Assembly: GCA_951406725.2 (NCBI GenBank)
Contig: OX597816.1
Coordinates: 163,990,001 to 164,054,000, forward strand
Origin: Octopus vulgaris
Lineage: Eukaryota
DNA: 64,000 nt
Reading direction: 5' to 3'
Shown here: in pieces, positions 41,141 through 55,164 of the stretch
Layout: the number at the start of each line of letters is the position of its first letter
How positions within the stretch are numbered: position 1 is the stretch's first letter
The notes under the pieces: generated by a model
What the model saw: the letters and a program-made list of their open reading frames with translations, nothing else
Database searches by the model: none
Told to the model about the DNA's origin: nothing
Translations under genes and position numbers: made by a program

Positions 41141-41235
41141 TGTGTGAATTTTATGTACCTTATATTGTACCTTATTTATGTATAAAATACTACAAATAGC
41201 CGTCTTTTATGACGGTACGGGGCCAGATAGTAAAG

Positions 41236-41266
<31 letters not shown>

Positions 41267-41436
41267 TACTCTTTTACTTGTTTCAGTCATTTGACTGTGG
41301 CCATGCTGGAGCACCGCCTTTAGTCGACCCCGAGATTTTGTAAGCCTAGTGCTTATTCTATTGGTCTCTTTTGCCGAACCGCTAAGTTGCGGGGACGTAA
41401 ACACACCACCATTGGTTGTCAAACACAGACACACAA

Positions 41437-41497
<61 letters not shown>

Positions 41498-41681
41498 TAC
41501 ATATATATATATATATATACATACATACATTCAGATTCCGTCTACCAAATCTCCACTCACAAGGCTTTGGTCGGCTCGAGGCTATAGTAGAAGACACTTG
41601 TCCAAGGTACCACCCAGAGGGACTGAACCCAGAACCATGTGGCTGGTAAGCAAGCTACTTACCACACAGCCACTCCTGCGC

Positions 41682-41682
<1 letters not shown>
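41267..41682 (-). mobile_element. SINE family A, full length
   Basis: All family blocks present; ends CACTCCTGCGCC. Confidence 0.92.
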
Positions 41683-41736
<54 letters not shown>

Positions 41737-42189
41737 CACTTATATACACTCACACAAAGGTACACATATATTCATACACACATACACACACACACACACG
41801 CTCTCTCCCTCACATACACGATCACAGATTTAGCTTAATGGAGATAAAGTAATCGGAGAACAAGAGGAGATGGAAAACTTTCAGGGAAATGCCTTAAGAA
41901 CCAAAACAAACGACGGAAATACACCGTTTGTGTTATTTGTTGAACGCTGGAAGGAATGAAAGAGAGAATATTAAAAAAGGGGTTCGACCTTATTGAGAGA
42001 GGTTCTGCTTCTTTCGAAGAAACAGAAAGAGGGAGAGGGAGAGGGGGGAAGGAATGCTAGAACAAAGAAAGGAAGAGAACGAATTCTATGGAATTTAAGC
42101 TTGAAGTTGGTTTAATGAGATGGCTTCGTCCTATGAGTCAAGCGAAACGTTAAGTCGTGTAGAGCTGAGTGAAACTGTTATTAAATAAT

Positions 42190-42542
42190 CTTTTGTACTA
42201 TAGGCACAAGGCCTGAAATTATGTGGGAGAGGACTAGTCGATTAGATCGATCCCAGTACGCAACTGGTACTTAATTTATCGAACCCGAAAGGATGAAAGG
42301 CAAAGTCGACATCAGTAGAATGTGAACTCAGAACGTTGCGATGGGCGAAATACTTATTTCTTTACTGCCGACAAGGGGCTTAACACAGAGAGGACAAACA
42401 AGGACAGACAAACGGCTTAAGTCGATTACATCTACCCCAGTGTGTAACTGGTACTTAATTTATCGACCCCGATTTGCTCGACTAAAGGTGGTGTTCCAGC
42501 ATGGCTGCAGTTAAATGACTGAAACGAGTAAAAGAGTAAAGA

Positions 42543-42545
<3 letters not shown>
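42190..42545 (-). mobile_element. Two tandem SINE B fragments followed by a plus-strand SINE A tail
   Basis: AACTGGTACTTAATTTATCG occurs twice; the junction into GATTTGCTCGACTAAAGG is near 42470. Confidence 0.8.
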
Positions 42546-42578
<33 letters not shown>

Positions 42579-42919
42579 GTGAAATGATAAAATATATCAA
42601 TATACGTGTAAAAGAAATTCATGATTATCGAAATGTTTAGTTTGCAGAAGTCTGGGCTAAAAATAGCGTCTGTCGTATTCCTTCTGAAGTAAGGTGACGA
42701 GATATTCAAACAATGCCTACAGGTATTAGAATCACAATAGGCATTCTGAATATAATGAAAAATTCATGGAGAAATTTTGTAAGAAATACAAGTACTTCGA
42801 GACACATATAATAAACAGAATAAACAACTAAATAAATAAACAAACAAGTATAGTTAATATGATGAAACAAAAGCATCTATGTCGTATGTAATTATCGATA
42901 CATATAAGAAAATGTTTGA

Positions 42920-43310
42920 AAATATTTGTCTTGAAAATTTTGTGATTGTATGAAGTTGTTCTTCCCGAATGCTTTTTGAGTGTAAGGATTTTTGCAAAGA
43001 AAATGTTACAGCCCTCTGTAGTATATACATTGCATGGCTTTCTATTTAAGGTAGTTACGATATGGCTCATGAATGGATTTCCCAATTTATTTTTTATAGC
43101 ATGTTTTGATTCTTTCATTCGCAAGTGAATGTTTTCTCTTTCATTTGTTTCTATCTTCCTGTGGCAGTAGAATTGCATCTGATATAGTTTCTGAATGAAT
43201 AGGTATGCTGGTTGTCACTGAACTTCCAGGTGTTAGCAGTAAGGCCAATATATGCTTTGGTAGAACTAGATATTTCTACCATTCCTTCTGTATGAACCTG
43301 TTATGTCATC
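42920..43310 (-). pseudogene. Penelope-like element GIY-YIG endonuclease remnant
   Basis: VEISSSTKAYIGLTANTWKFSDNQHTYSFRNYIRCNSTA, then RKPCNVYTTEGCNIFFAKILTLKKHS. This matches the PLE pattern YIGLT..FK.RY..H..SF and CNLC..EK..I....LNKRSE. Confidence 0.75.
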
Positions 43311-43651
43311 TTCTCCATATAATCATTAGTATGTTATGATATGGCCAAGCTTTCATTATTGTATAATTCAGAAGTAGTACGCTACGTCAGGTTGTTGAAG
43401 ATAAACAACAAGGTCGCTCACCTCAGCTGCTTTATCATCTCAAGATGACAGTGAAGAAAATGTTTCTGATCCTATAGAAATTCTCGTGGTATAACAATAA
43501 ACTGCTAGTGTTCATTATTATCCAGGTTTATAAGAGCGGTGGGCGTCAGAATCGCCACAGTGTGAGAAACAATGCTGTACAGTATGAGTTATTTCTATGA
43601 ATTAATTACGTTCTGTGAGTTTAGATAGTGCTGTACTATTTAGTTTATATA

Positions 43652-44372
43652 GACGCAAAAGTAGCTGCATGGTTAAGAAGCTTGGTTTCCAGCCAGGTGG
43701 TTTCGTGTTCAGTCCTACATCGTGGTATCCTGGGTGAGCGTCTTCTACTAAAGCCTCGAGTTGATCAAGGCATTGTGGGTGAATTAGGTAGACAGAAACT
43801 GAGAGAAGCCAGTCGTATACATACATAGGGAGAGTTTACGAAAAAAACAAAAGACGAAGACAGGTGGTGTACAAAACAAACAGATGTATTAGTATAACGC
43901 TCAGGAATAAAAAAAGTCTTTTACGTTTCGAGCCTACGCTCTTCTACAGAAAGGGACACAGAAAAAACAAGGAAAGAAACAAGGAGAGAAAAAATGGAGA
44001 GAAAAACAAGGAGAGAAAAAAATGTGTGTAGTGGCTAACGATCTATCATGGCGACTGTATGTATCATGTATTCATACATACATACATATCTGTCTGTCTG
44101 TTAGTCTGTCTATAGACAGACAGACAGATAAATATGTGCATGATTGACTTGACATTAGGTGATGATTGTAAACGACTACCACCGTCAAACAAGTGATGTT
44201 GTTTGCTTCCAGTCTTTCATAACAAAAAAAATAATAAAGATGTCTGCATGGAAGCGGGTGGGGTTAAGGGGACGGGAAGAATTATCCGGCCATAGAATAT
44301 CTGCCTCAACGAGAGCCATCTGATCCATACAGACGTAGAAAAGTGGACGTTAAGATGACGATGACGTTGATG
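43652..44372 (+). mobile_element. Diverged SINE A-type head (43652-43820) and RTE-type tail (about 44140-44372) split by an element E insertion
   Basis: Head blocks seen; tail reads ATCCGGCCATAGAA...GAAAAGTGGACGTTAAGATGACGATG. Confidence 0.6.
43828..44053 (-). mobile_element. Repeat family E copy 3 (hammerhead-like motif at 43916-43957)
   Basis: Minus strand reads GUCCCUUU-CUGUAGA-A-GAGC-GUAG-GCUC-GAAA-CG-UA-AAAGAC. Confidence 0.8.
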
Positions 44373-44420
44373 ATTTTCTTTGTGTTGTTTGCAGCTATGT
44401 TTGGATTAGAGGATTGTTTG

Positions 44421-44483
<63 letters not shown>

Positions 44484-44739
44484 CGTGCGTGCGTTCGTTC
44501 GTGCTTGCGTGTAAGATTGGCTTCGCCTCTATTACCACGACCAGATACCCGGTATTGTTCGCTGACAGCTTTTAGCAAAACCTTCTTCACCCGTTTACAG
44601 CGCGTGTATTGATTTTGGCCTACCTAGAATAATAGGTAAGTGTGATTGTATTGTTAGTTAATTCAATCATATCGATCACCAATAATTTAACTAACAGCTA
44701 TAGTGATATTCAATACAAGCACTCCTACACACACACACA

Positions 44740-44870
44740 TACGCAGATCCATCCACACACACACACACACACACGCAGATCCATACACACACACACACAC
44801 ACGCAGATCCATATACACACACACACACACACACACACGCAGATCCATACACACACACACACACACTCAC
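44740..44870. repeat. Minisatellite: CGCAGATCCAT-(AC)n unit x4
   Basis: Seen directly. Confidence 0.85.
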
Positions 44871-45457
44871 ACGGCCACACACCTGCGTGCCCATACCAAG
44901 CTCTCGTCTACGACTGCGCATGTATATGCGCAGAAGCCCCGCACCCGTATACATAGGCGCGTACAAACACCCCACGTAGTTTAAAGTATACGGTATGCCT
45001 TTGTGCGTATCACACACACACACACACACACGCGCGTACTCTTATTTTGTATTTTCTTTAGTCTTTGGACTGCGGCCATGCTGGGGCGCCATCTTGTTTG
45101 TACACGAAAATATATTTGTTTGAGTGCGGGGTGTTACTTATAAAAATATATTTTGTTTCCTAATGGCTGTGTATTTGTAATTCAAAAGATAGTTTTGTCA
45201 TATACTTTGCATTACACTGATTCTTTCCGAGAATTATGGGAAGGGTTCACGTGGCTGTGTGCAATGCCCAACCGCTTACGCGCAAATACTCTGGCAGCTA
45301 AGTCAGCTGATCGAATTTCTGTAACCTCATCGTCGAATGATGTATGTATGTATGTATGTATGTATGTATGTATGTATGTATGTATGTATGTATGTATGTA
45401 TGCATGCATGCATGTATATATGTATGTGTATATGCACATATGTATATATATATATAT

Positions 45458-45562
<105 letters not shown>

Positions 45563-45569
45563 CGCATAC

Positions 45570-45880
45570 ATAGCCTCGGGTCAACCAAAGCCTTGTGAGT
45601 GGATGTGGTAGACGGAAACTGAAAGAAGCCTGTCGTAAACATATATATATATACATGTATATATTTGTGTGTGTATCTGTTTGTCCCTTTACCATCACTT
45701 GACAACCGATGTTAGTGTGGTTACGTCTCCGTAGCTTAGCGGTTCGGCAAAAGAGGCCGATAGAATAAGTACAAGGCTTACAAAGAATAAGTCCTGGGGT
45801 CGATTTGTTCGACTAAAGGCGGTGCTCCAGTATGGCAGCAGACAAATGACTTGAAACAAGTAAAAAAAATAAAAGAATAT
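45570..45880 (+). mobile_element. SINE family A, 5'-truncated
   Basis: Family A blocks seen directly. Confidence 0.88.
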
Positions 45881-45889
45881 ACACTCACA

Positions 45890-46235
45890 TAAAAGGTCTT
45901 GCAGATAAATTGAGACAATTTTTTACGATGTATAAACACTGGTTACAAATACTAAAATAATTCTAATGTAATATTTATTAGAACAAAAACACTTATTACT
46001 CAATATGGCCGCCTTTTTGAGCAATTGTTGCCTTCTTACGCGAACGAAATTTTTTTGCAGTTGCCGCAACCGTCGCCTTTCTGATTTTGCGTGTCGTACG
46101 CACGATGCAATCCTTCACACTGTTAACACTCAGGCGTGGTAAAACATTTGTTCTTGTTTGAAGTACACCCCACAAACAGTAATCGAGTAGGTTGAGATCT
46201 GGGCTATTACTGGGCCAGATGCTGGTCCTCACAAA
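45890..46235 (-). pseudogene. Tc1/mariner (maT/DD37D-like) transposase C-terminal remnant with 3' end
   Basis: WPSNSPDLNLLDYCLWGVLQ...FRSRKKATIAQKGGHIE*. SPDLNPLDY-type third catalytic Asp and a GGHIE terminus. Confidence 0.8.
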
Positions 46236-47183
46236 AATCCTTGAGAGGACGTTGGTGTTACCTTGGTGGAGGTTCGTGTTCTCTGAGTGCTCTTGTTCTT
46301 CTTACATTGATTGTCAAAACTGCAGAAGTCGATCTATTTTTGTAAGGGTTATCCGGTGACTTATAAACGGTTTGACCAAAAGCATATGTGATTTCTGGCG
46401 GTACCCAGGCGATATAAGATATAAATAGAGACAAATGGATGAGTGAATAGATGGAGATTTCTATGCATGGATAGATGGGTGGGGAAAGGGTGGATTGGTG
46501 AATGGAAAAATAGAAGGTGAAAGAGTGGATGGATGAATGGATTGTCAGAAAACTGACCATCCAGTTGATTCGAGGAGTGAGTTGTTAGTAAATTTGCTCA
46601 TTTATAGGCTGGCTGGTTGGTTGTTTGGTTGGTATGTTGGCTGGCTGCCGTATTTGTCCGTTGGTCTGTTGGTGTAATTATAGGTCGATATCAAAGATTG
46701 CCGAAGTGTCTATAGATAGGGTAAATCAATATGGAAAACGGGAAAAGAGAAAGTGAGATAGAGAGAGAGCAAGGAGGAGAGAAAGAAATAGATGAGAAGG
46801 AGAGAGAGGAGAAAGTGCATATGAAAGATAGGATGGGAAAGGAAGAGAGAAAGAGAAAGGAAGAAGCTGGTGTCAAGAAATTGACCCAGAGGTCAATCGA
46901 TGCGAGGTTAAGTTCACGTGAATGTGGCAAATCGATAGAAAGTGGGTTGTGTCAATAGAACAGTGAGTGGCCGGAGGTTGGCGGAGGTAGAGAAGCGATA
47001 ATGTGGATTAACAAGGGAAGGTATGACGAGAGAAAGGGAGAGGGAGGAGGAGGAGAGAGACGAGAAGGTAACTAAATTAGATGTGACCAACCAAGAAGAG
47101 TAAAAAAGGGGAGATAAAGAGAGACGGACAAAGAGATGAACAAAAATGAGAAAGAGAAGGAAGAACTAAATTAGAAGAAGTCA

Positions 47184-47248
<65 letters not shown>

Positions 47249-47943
47249 AAAGACATAACGAGAGAGCTATTGAAGAGATAACGAGAGAGATATAGAGAGA
47301 AAGACGTGTTTGATTGGAGTAAAATAGCGGAGTAAAAACTGCGATTTGAAAAGCTTTAGTGTAAGGTGAGAAGAAATGCATAATATATTCCATCTTGCTT
47401 CTACCTGGAACAGCTCTCAGCTTTATGTAATTCTTTTTTACTATTAGAAACAAGGTCTGCAGTTTTGGGGGCAGCAGTAAGTTGATTACATCAACCTCAG
47501 TATACAACTGGTACTTATTTTATTGATCATCAAAGGATGAAAGGCAGAATGGATCACGACGGAAGAACCGCCGCAAATCGCAGTTTATCCGATGTGTTAA
47601 AGATTCTGCCAGTTCGCCGCCTTGGTTTCTCATATAACATTGACTTCAAATTTTGGCACAAGGCCGGAAATTTCAGGTGAAAGTGTAAGTCAGTTACCTC
47701 GACCTCAGTACGTGACTGGTATTTATTTTATCGAATCCGAAAGGAATCTGAACGTAAAGACGGACAAAATGCCGCTAAGCATTTGGTCCCACTTGGAAAC
47801 GTTTCCACCAGGTCACCGTCCTTAACATCTCTATATAATAATTGACATTACTATTGGTTGGTTGGCTGGTTGATTTCTTTTTCTAGGTATGCATTATATA
47901 TATATGTGTGTGTGAGTGTGAGTGTATGTATGTGTGTGTGTGT

Positions 47944-47998
<55 letters not shown>

Positions 47999-48606
47999 GC
48001 TGAATGTTCGAAATGAGGAGTAGATAGTCAGCCGGGAACTGATGAAGGGTCCTTTCTGTGTTTGCTTGCCCGGTTTTCCATTTTTTTCTATCCTTGTTGT
48101 TTACGTATTTCACTTTTTTCCCCTCGTTTGTTTACATATTTTGTGTTATTTGCACCGTTGGTGACGTCCTATACCTATATATATATATATATATATATAT
48201 TTATAAAAAAAAGAAATTTGAAAACGCCACTATATAAGATAAATTTTCTTAGAGGTTTTACATGTTTCGGTTCTTCTTGAAAAAACCAACCTTATCAAAA
48301 ATATTTTAAAAAGTTAAGTGTAATAAAAAAGTTCATAATTGTTTCTTACCAGTCTCAATAGAGTTCACGTGGTGATATTTTGTGGTGGGGAGCATAATGG
48401 CTGTCTTGTGCGTTGACTAGATTCGTTGGCTGTAAGTATGAAAATGACCAGTTGCCGAAATAGCAGTAGTAGCAATGACTGTTGGTCATGTATGTGTGTG
48501 TGTATGTATGTATGTATGTATGTATGTATGTATGTATGTATGTATGTATGTATGTATGTATGTATTTATGTATGTATGTATGTATATGTATACACACACA
48601 CTCATA

Positions 48607-48819
48607 CGAGGGGACACTGAAAAGTTCCTGGCTTTAAGGATATCAGGAAAGGCCTGCTTGGAGGTCCAACCTTCCGAGTTCTTTTGCAGGGCATAGAACA
48701 ACTGAAGAACCGCTGAAATAAGCGTGTGAATCTGAGAGGAGAATATGTTGAATACAGTCAAAACTGATCTTCCTGTATTTTCTTTTACTCACTGCCAGAA
48801 ACTTTTCAGCACACCCTCC
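48607..48819 (+). mobile_element. Mariner-derived MITE (internal deletion derivative)
   Basis: TA|CGAGGGGACACTGAAAAGTTCCTGGC ... GCCAGAAACTTTTCAGCACACCCTCC|TA TIRs; internal GIEQLKNR*NKRVNLRGEYVE matches the mariner transposase C-terminus. Confidence 0.82.
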
Positions 48820-48996
48820 TATGTATATCTTGGTCGGAGTCCCTTAAAATTTTCAGGCTCTAGACATGTGGTACTCCATCATTTCTTTCTCTATGGAATC
48901 CCTTATGATTCCCATTTTCCTCGGGTGGACCCTCGTAGCCATTCGGTGTCTCTAGAAAGTCCTGTTATATTTTCTTAATTAAATATAATATATATT

Positions 48997-49158
48997 GGCG
49001 TAGGAATGGCTGAGTGCTAAGAAGCTTACTTACCAGCCACATGGTTCCGGGTTCAGTCCCAATGAGTGGCACCTTGGGCAAGTGTCTTCTACTATAACCT
49101 CGAGCAGACCAAAGCCTTGTGAGTGGATTTGGTAGACGGAAAACTGGAAAAAGCATGT

Positions 49159-49200
<42 letters not shown>

Positions 49201-49395
49201 TCTGTGTTTGTCCCTCCGCCATCGCTTGACTGGTGTGTTCACGTCCCCGCAACTTAGCGGTTCGGCTATAGAGGCCGATAGAATAAGTACTGGGCTTATA
49301 AAGAATAACACCTGAGTCCGATTTGTTCGACTAAAAGGCGGTGCTCCAGCATGGCCGCAGTCAAATGACTGAAACAAATAAAAGAATAAAAGAAT
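48997..49395 (+). mobile_element. SINE family A, full length
   Basis: All family blocks present; (ATAAAAGA)n tail. Confidence 0.9.
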
Positions 49396-49870
49396 AAATA
49401 TTAAAAATTATATGAAAAAAACCAGTTAAAATATTTTGTGCATTATAAACAATATATTGTCGATAATTTTAAACAGTGTAATTTTACATGGATTCCCAAG
49501 GGCCTTGTGGACCCACAAAAGCCAAATGGACCCCGGTTGAGAACCACTAGTCGAGACTCGCAGCCTGCCAAGCCTACCGAAACTTGTAGCTTACGAAAAT
49601 CCGGCACCGATCGTTTTGGTTTCTGTGCAGATGATTGAATTTTAGAAACCTCGTTTTAACTCGCTGCAAGGAATTGAAATAGAGCGCATACATTCGAGAA
49701 TGGTCGGTCAGTCGTGATGTCCAGCAGTGGTCTTTGGCACCAAGTTCCAGTTGTAATTTGCTGTTTGTGATTATAAATTGTTTGAGATGGTTGGCTGATA
49801 TCCAACAGAGGTTAAATTGATGAGGGGCTTTCAGACCTCGTCAGCTCAAAACCACACAGTACAATTCCAC

Positions 49871-49926
<56 letters not shown>

Positions 49927-50439
49927 GAAGGAATAGAGAGAAAGAGAAAGAGAGGGAAGAAGATTAAATGTTCTGTATGACGTAAGATAGGAAGCGGCTA
50001 CAAATATGTAAAGAGTGTGAGCGGTGTGAATGCCTAAGAGTGCGTGTGAGCGTGTGCATATATATGTACGTATATATATGTACATACACGTGTGTATTGT
50101 AGACCCACACATATTCGTATGTATATATATGTATGTATATATGTGTGTGTATGATTATATATATATGTATGCGTATATATATATATGTATATAATTATAT
50201 ATATACTCACACACAAATGGATGCATATTCTTTTTATTTATCTCGCGTCCCTGACCTTTTTGTACAAACGCCCCCACCCCATCCGAACAGAGCAAGGTAC
50301 CCGTTAAGGGTCACATTCCATCAAACCCCACCCCTTCACTACCTTACCCTCTACCACCACTACTACCACTACTGCTGCTGCTGCTGCCGGTCCATTGCTT
50401 TTATCTGTTTATCTAAGAGTCACAAACCTTTGCACAGGC

Positions 50440-50841
<402 letters not shown>

Positions 50842-51011
50842 GCACTCAACGCACGTATTACTAACATTAATACGCAACCATATACACACAAACACATACA
50901 TGCATATGTATATATACATAATTGTGTGTGTATATATATATATATATATGAATATACATACACACATATATATATATATATATATATATTCAAACAAACA
51001 TATAAGTAACA

Positions 51012-51170
51012 TACGATGGGCTTCTTTCAGTTTCCGTCTACCAAATCCACTCAGAAGGCTTCGGTCGGCCCGTGGCTTTAGCAGAACACACTTGCCCAAG
51101 GTACCACACAGTGGGACTGAACCCAGAACCATGTGGCTTGTAAGCAAGCTACTTAACACACACCCACTCC
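51012..51170 (-). mobile_element. SINE family A 5' half
   Basis: CTTTCAGTTTCCGTCTACCAAATCC ... GTAAGCAAGCTACTTA. Confidence 0.88.
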
Positions 51171-51251
51171 TATATATATATATATATATCTTTACATGTG
51201 TTACGTCATCACGCTTTTTTTTTTTGTCTTTTCTCCCTTTTTTTTAATTAA

Positions 51252-51302
<51 letters not shown>

Positions 51303-52475
51303 TATATATATAAACAAGACACCGCTATGTTGTATCAACCGTTGTCAAGCACATACCAATATACACACATATATGCACACACACACACACACATACACAC
51401 ACACGTGCAAAAATCCAAACATTCCACACTCACACACACACACTCTTATACGAACAAACAGACCCCCTAGTTAACAAATGCTAAGGCACGCACACACATA
51501 CACACATACACACAAACACATACACACAACCACACACACACATACACACAACCACACACACACATACACACAACCACACACACACTCTTAGATATAAAAC
51601 CATTCTTTGTCCACACAGCTAAGTACACATTCTAATGAATTTCCCTGAAAAACCAAAGCATTTATCTTTGTTTCCGCCGAAACAGACACACACACACGCA
51701 CACTCACATACGCACACACGCACGCACACATAGGTAGATGCACATACGCGCACACACACACATACGCATACACACATATACACGCATACGCAAACACACA
51801 TACATACGCGCGCACATGCATACGCAAATACACATACACTCACATATGCACACACACTCACACACACACAAACTCACATACGCCTACTCACGCCCAAACA
51901 CATACGCATACACACACATACGCACTCACACGCACACATACGCACAATCTCACACACACATACGCACACGCACACACACACACCTGCACACATAAGCACA
52001 TATACACACACAGATATGCACGCACACACATACGCACACACACACACACATGTACGGACAAAATCAAAGACACAAAGTTACACACACACAAATAGACAAA
52101 TACACACACACACACACTATTTGCGTGTGTATGGGTGTGTATGTATTTGTGTGCGTGTGTGTGTGCATGCCAGTATGTATGAATATATGTGTACGTATGC
52201 GTGTGTCTGAGTGTCTGTGTACGTAACTGTATGCTTGTATGTGAGTATGTGTGTGTCTGTGCGTGCGCGTGTGCATGCGAGTGTGCATGCGAGTGTGTAT
52301 GGATGAATGTGTGCGTATATCTGTGTAAGTGTATGCTTGTCAGTGTATGTGTACGTATGTGTATGCATGTGTGTGTGGGAGGATGAATTTATGTGTGTGT
52401 ATATATATATGTGGGTGTCTGCCAGCATGTCTGTGTGCGTAGGGGTGTATGTTTGTGCGCACATATGTTGGTGTA

Positions 52476-52549
<74 letters not shown>

Positions 52550-53317
52550 TACTCCGAGTTCTCGGGTCCTCATTTTATAAGACAGCTAGAAAAAGGCATT
52601 TCTTAGTAAAAAAACCCACAAAACCCCGAGTAGCAACTCTTTCTCTCCCTCTCCTTCCTCCTCTCTCTCCCTCTCTCTCCCACACACAGCTTTAAATAAA
52701 TATTATTACACTATAACAACATTGAAGGCATTCTTTAGCTTAATTGCTGTTCACAGCAGTGTGATACCAAGGCCTCCAATCCTTTCAGAAACGTGTGTCC
52801 AACAAAATATATTTTGTGCGACGCACCGTCATACATTAATCCTCTTCACACTCAGACTCCTAACATTGAATCCTTTATTAAATGACTTGATCACGTTTCT
52901 ATGTTCACCTAAAACAAAGATATGTACACAATCAAAACATCATAAATGTGAATGAACTATATGTCTCCAAAATATATATATTACAATATTATTCTCATTA
53001 AATTCCAATCCGACACGTGTTTCTGGTACACAGGTGTCCTAATGATTTTGATGTAGCATCTATGTGCGTTTAGTTGCTTCAATTACAAGGTAAACATTTC
53101 TATGCAGCTTTGTTCAAGGTTTGACCCATCCTGGTTTTATATTTATGTATGTATGTGTGTATGTATGTATGTATGTATGTATGTATGTATGTATGTATGT
53201 ATGTATATATGTTATTTTCTGTTTTTTATTAATTTCTTCCTCAGAGGACGGAGATGGTTTGTAACAAAGTTCCATCGTTGGAATATAGATAACGAAAACA
53301 ATGTCACATTTTGAACT

Positions 53318-53497
53318 TGAGAAAAGTCTTGCATAATTTTACTGTTCCACTTAGAGATTGTATTATTGTAATGTACGAGTTAGTTGGTCGATTTCTTTTT
53401 CTGAAAATCCAAGCTTATCCAGATTGCCACTTAGGCATTTGCTCACAAAGCCACGTACACCAATTATTGTTGGTATAAATCTGAATTTATAATCTCT
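53318..53497 (-). mobile_element. R4/Dong-like LINE 3' fragment (second, diverged copy)
   Basis: DYKFRFIPTIIGVRGFVSKCLSGNLDKLGFSEKEIDQLTRTLQ..SLSGTVKI is homologous to 3880-4060. Confidence 0.8.
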
Positions 53498-54385
53498 ATG
53501 TATGCACGAATGTATGTATATTTGTATTGATAAGAAATGAAGAAAGCGTAATTGAATTTTTAAAAATTTTCTATGGCATAAGCGTGTTTTTACAAGCCAC
53601 TTCTCGTTATCACGCAAGTCTACTGGACCACTGTACAATCCATTTGGTACACTTCCTCGGTGTTATCTGCATAAAACACTATGCGATGTTTCTTACATAC
53701 CGTCTCAACACATTTTTAAATCGTATCTATAAATATACGAATGCACACACACACACACACACACACACCGCACACATACTGTCGCACAGGCGCGCGCGCA
53801 TACATACAAATTGGTCTTCAATGTATTGATTATAAACAGACATTTTCGCTCGTTAAGCACTCAAGAATTCTTACATACATGGGAATTATGTGTGTTATCA
53901 TTCAGCTGTTCCCCGTGAATAGATGTATATAACCGCGAGTCGTCAGTAAAGCCATTACTTATTGGCAATTAGAACTGCCTGTTCTTTGAGGTCGAGGCAA
54001 GTTACGTGGCCGAAGTAATTTGCAAGCTCTGAATCGAAGAATTAGGATACAAAAGAGATTGACTGGCGTCGTCGAGTTCGATGGATATGGAGACAAGAGC
54101 GTTTACTCTGCGTGCCATCCATAGTTTGCACTCTCGAAATTGCAACGTTTGGAATAAGTTCTTCTGACATTTTGAGATATCTAAAGAGGAAAGTCCGCCT
54201 GTGATAATATTTAGACAATAGTTCGGATTTCTATTACCAATCTATCACTCAATCAATCAATCAAACAATTAATCAATAACTCTATCTCTGTCTACCTATT
54301 TAGGCATCGCAACAATGGCTTAACTGACAGAAACTTCGAAGTCACTGTCAACGATATTCTTGTCTGTATCTGTCTGTATAACTAC

Positions 54386-54515
<130 letters not shown>

Positions 54516-54696
54516 GCTCGTCTGTCTGTACGTCTGTCTGTCTGTCTATCTATCTATCTACCTGTGTCTCCAGCTAGCTAGCTGTCTTCTCTCTGTCTCT
54601 CTATTTATCTATCTATCTCTATATGTCTATCTTTCTATTTATTTCTCTATCCATGCATCTATCTCCCCACTCCTTTTTTTATCTGTCTATCAATAT

Positions 54697-54957
54697 ATCA
54701 CCGTGACCACCGTGACCGACCAGGCAATCAGATGCTGCTACACATCGCTGGTCACAATGTGCTTCGCATTGTTTTAGCCTTCAAATGACGCCACCCCGCT
54801 GGCTAAGCGAGCAGGCCAACAGAAGAAAGAATGAGAGAAAGTTGTGGCGAAAGAGTACAACAGGAAACTTTAAGTGTTTTCGTCAATAAACACTCACAAC
54901 GCCCGGTCTGGGAATCGAAACCGCGAGTCCGCTGCACTGGGCCACTGTGCCTCCACC
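54697..54957 (-). mobile_element. SINE family C head with an alternative 3' tail
   Basis: Head GCAGCGGACTCGCGGTTTCGATTCCCAGACCGGGCGTTGTGAG, then TTGGCCTGCTCGCTTAGCCAGCGGGG...GGTCACGGTGAT. Confidence 0.8.
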
Positions 54958-55072
54958 TATCGATATACATACATATATGTATATATATACATATATATAT
55001 ATTTATATACATGCATATATATATATATATATATACATTTACATGCTATATATATATATATATATATATACA

Positions 55073-55116
<44 letters not shown>

Positions 55117-55127
55117 TATATACATGT

Positions 55128-55164
<37 letters not shown>

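Noticed and set aside
44740-44870. Repeat-spacer pattern resembling a CRISPR array
   Set aside because: The spacers are just (AC)n; eukaryotic minisatellite with no cas genes.
46731-47180. Glu/Lys/Arg-rich ORF
   Set aside because: GA-rich low-complexity DNA.
49490-49550. hAT-like terminus (GGTTGAGAACCACT); similar lone ends at 46258-46300 and 60470-60530
   Set aside because: Single short ends with no partner terminus or TSD; too little to call as features.
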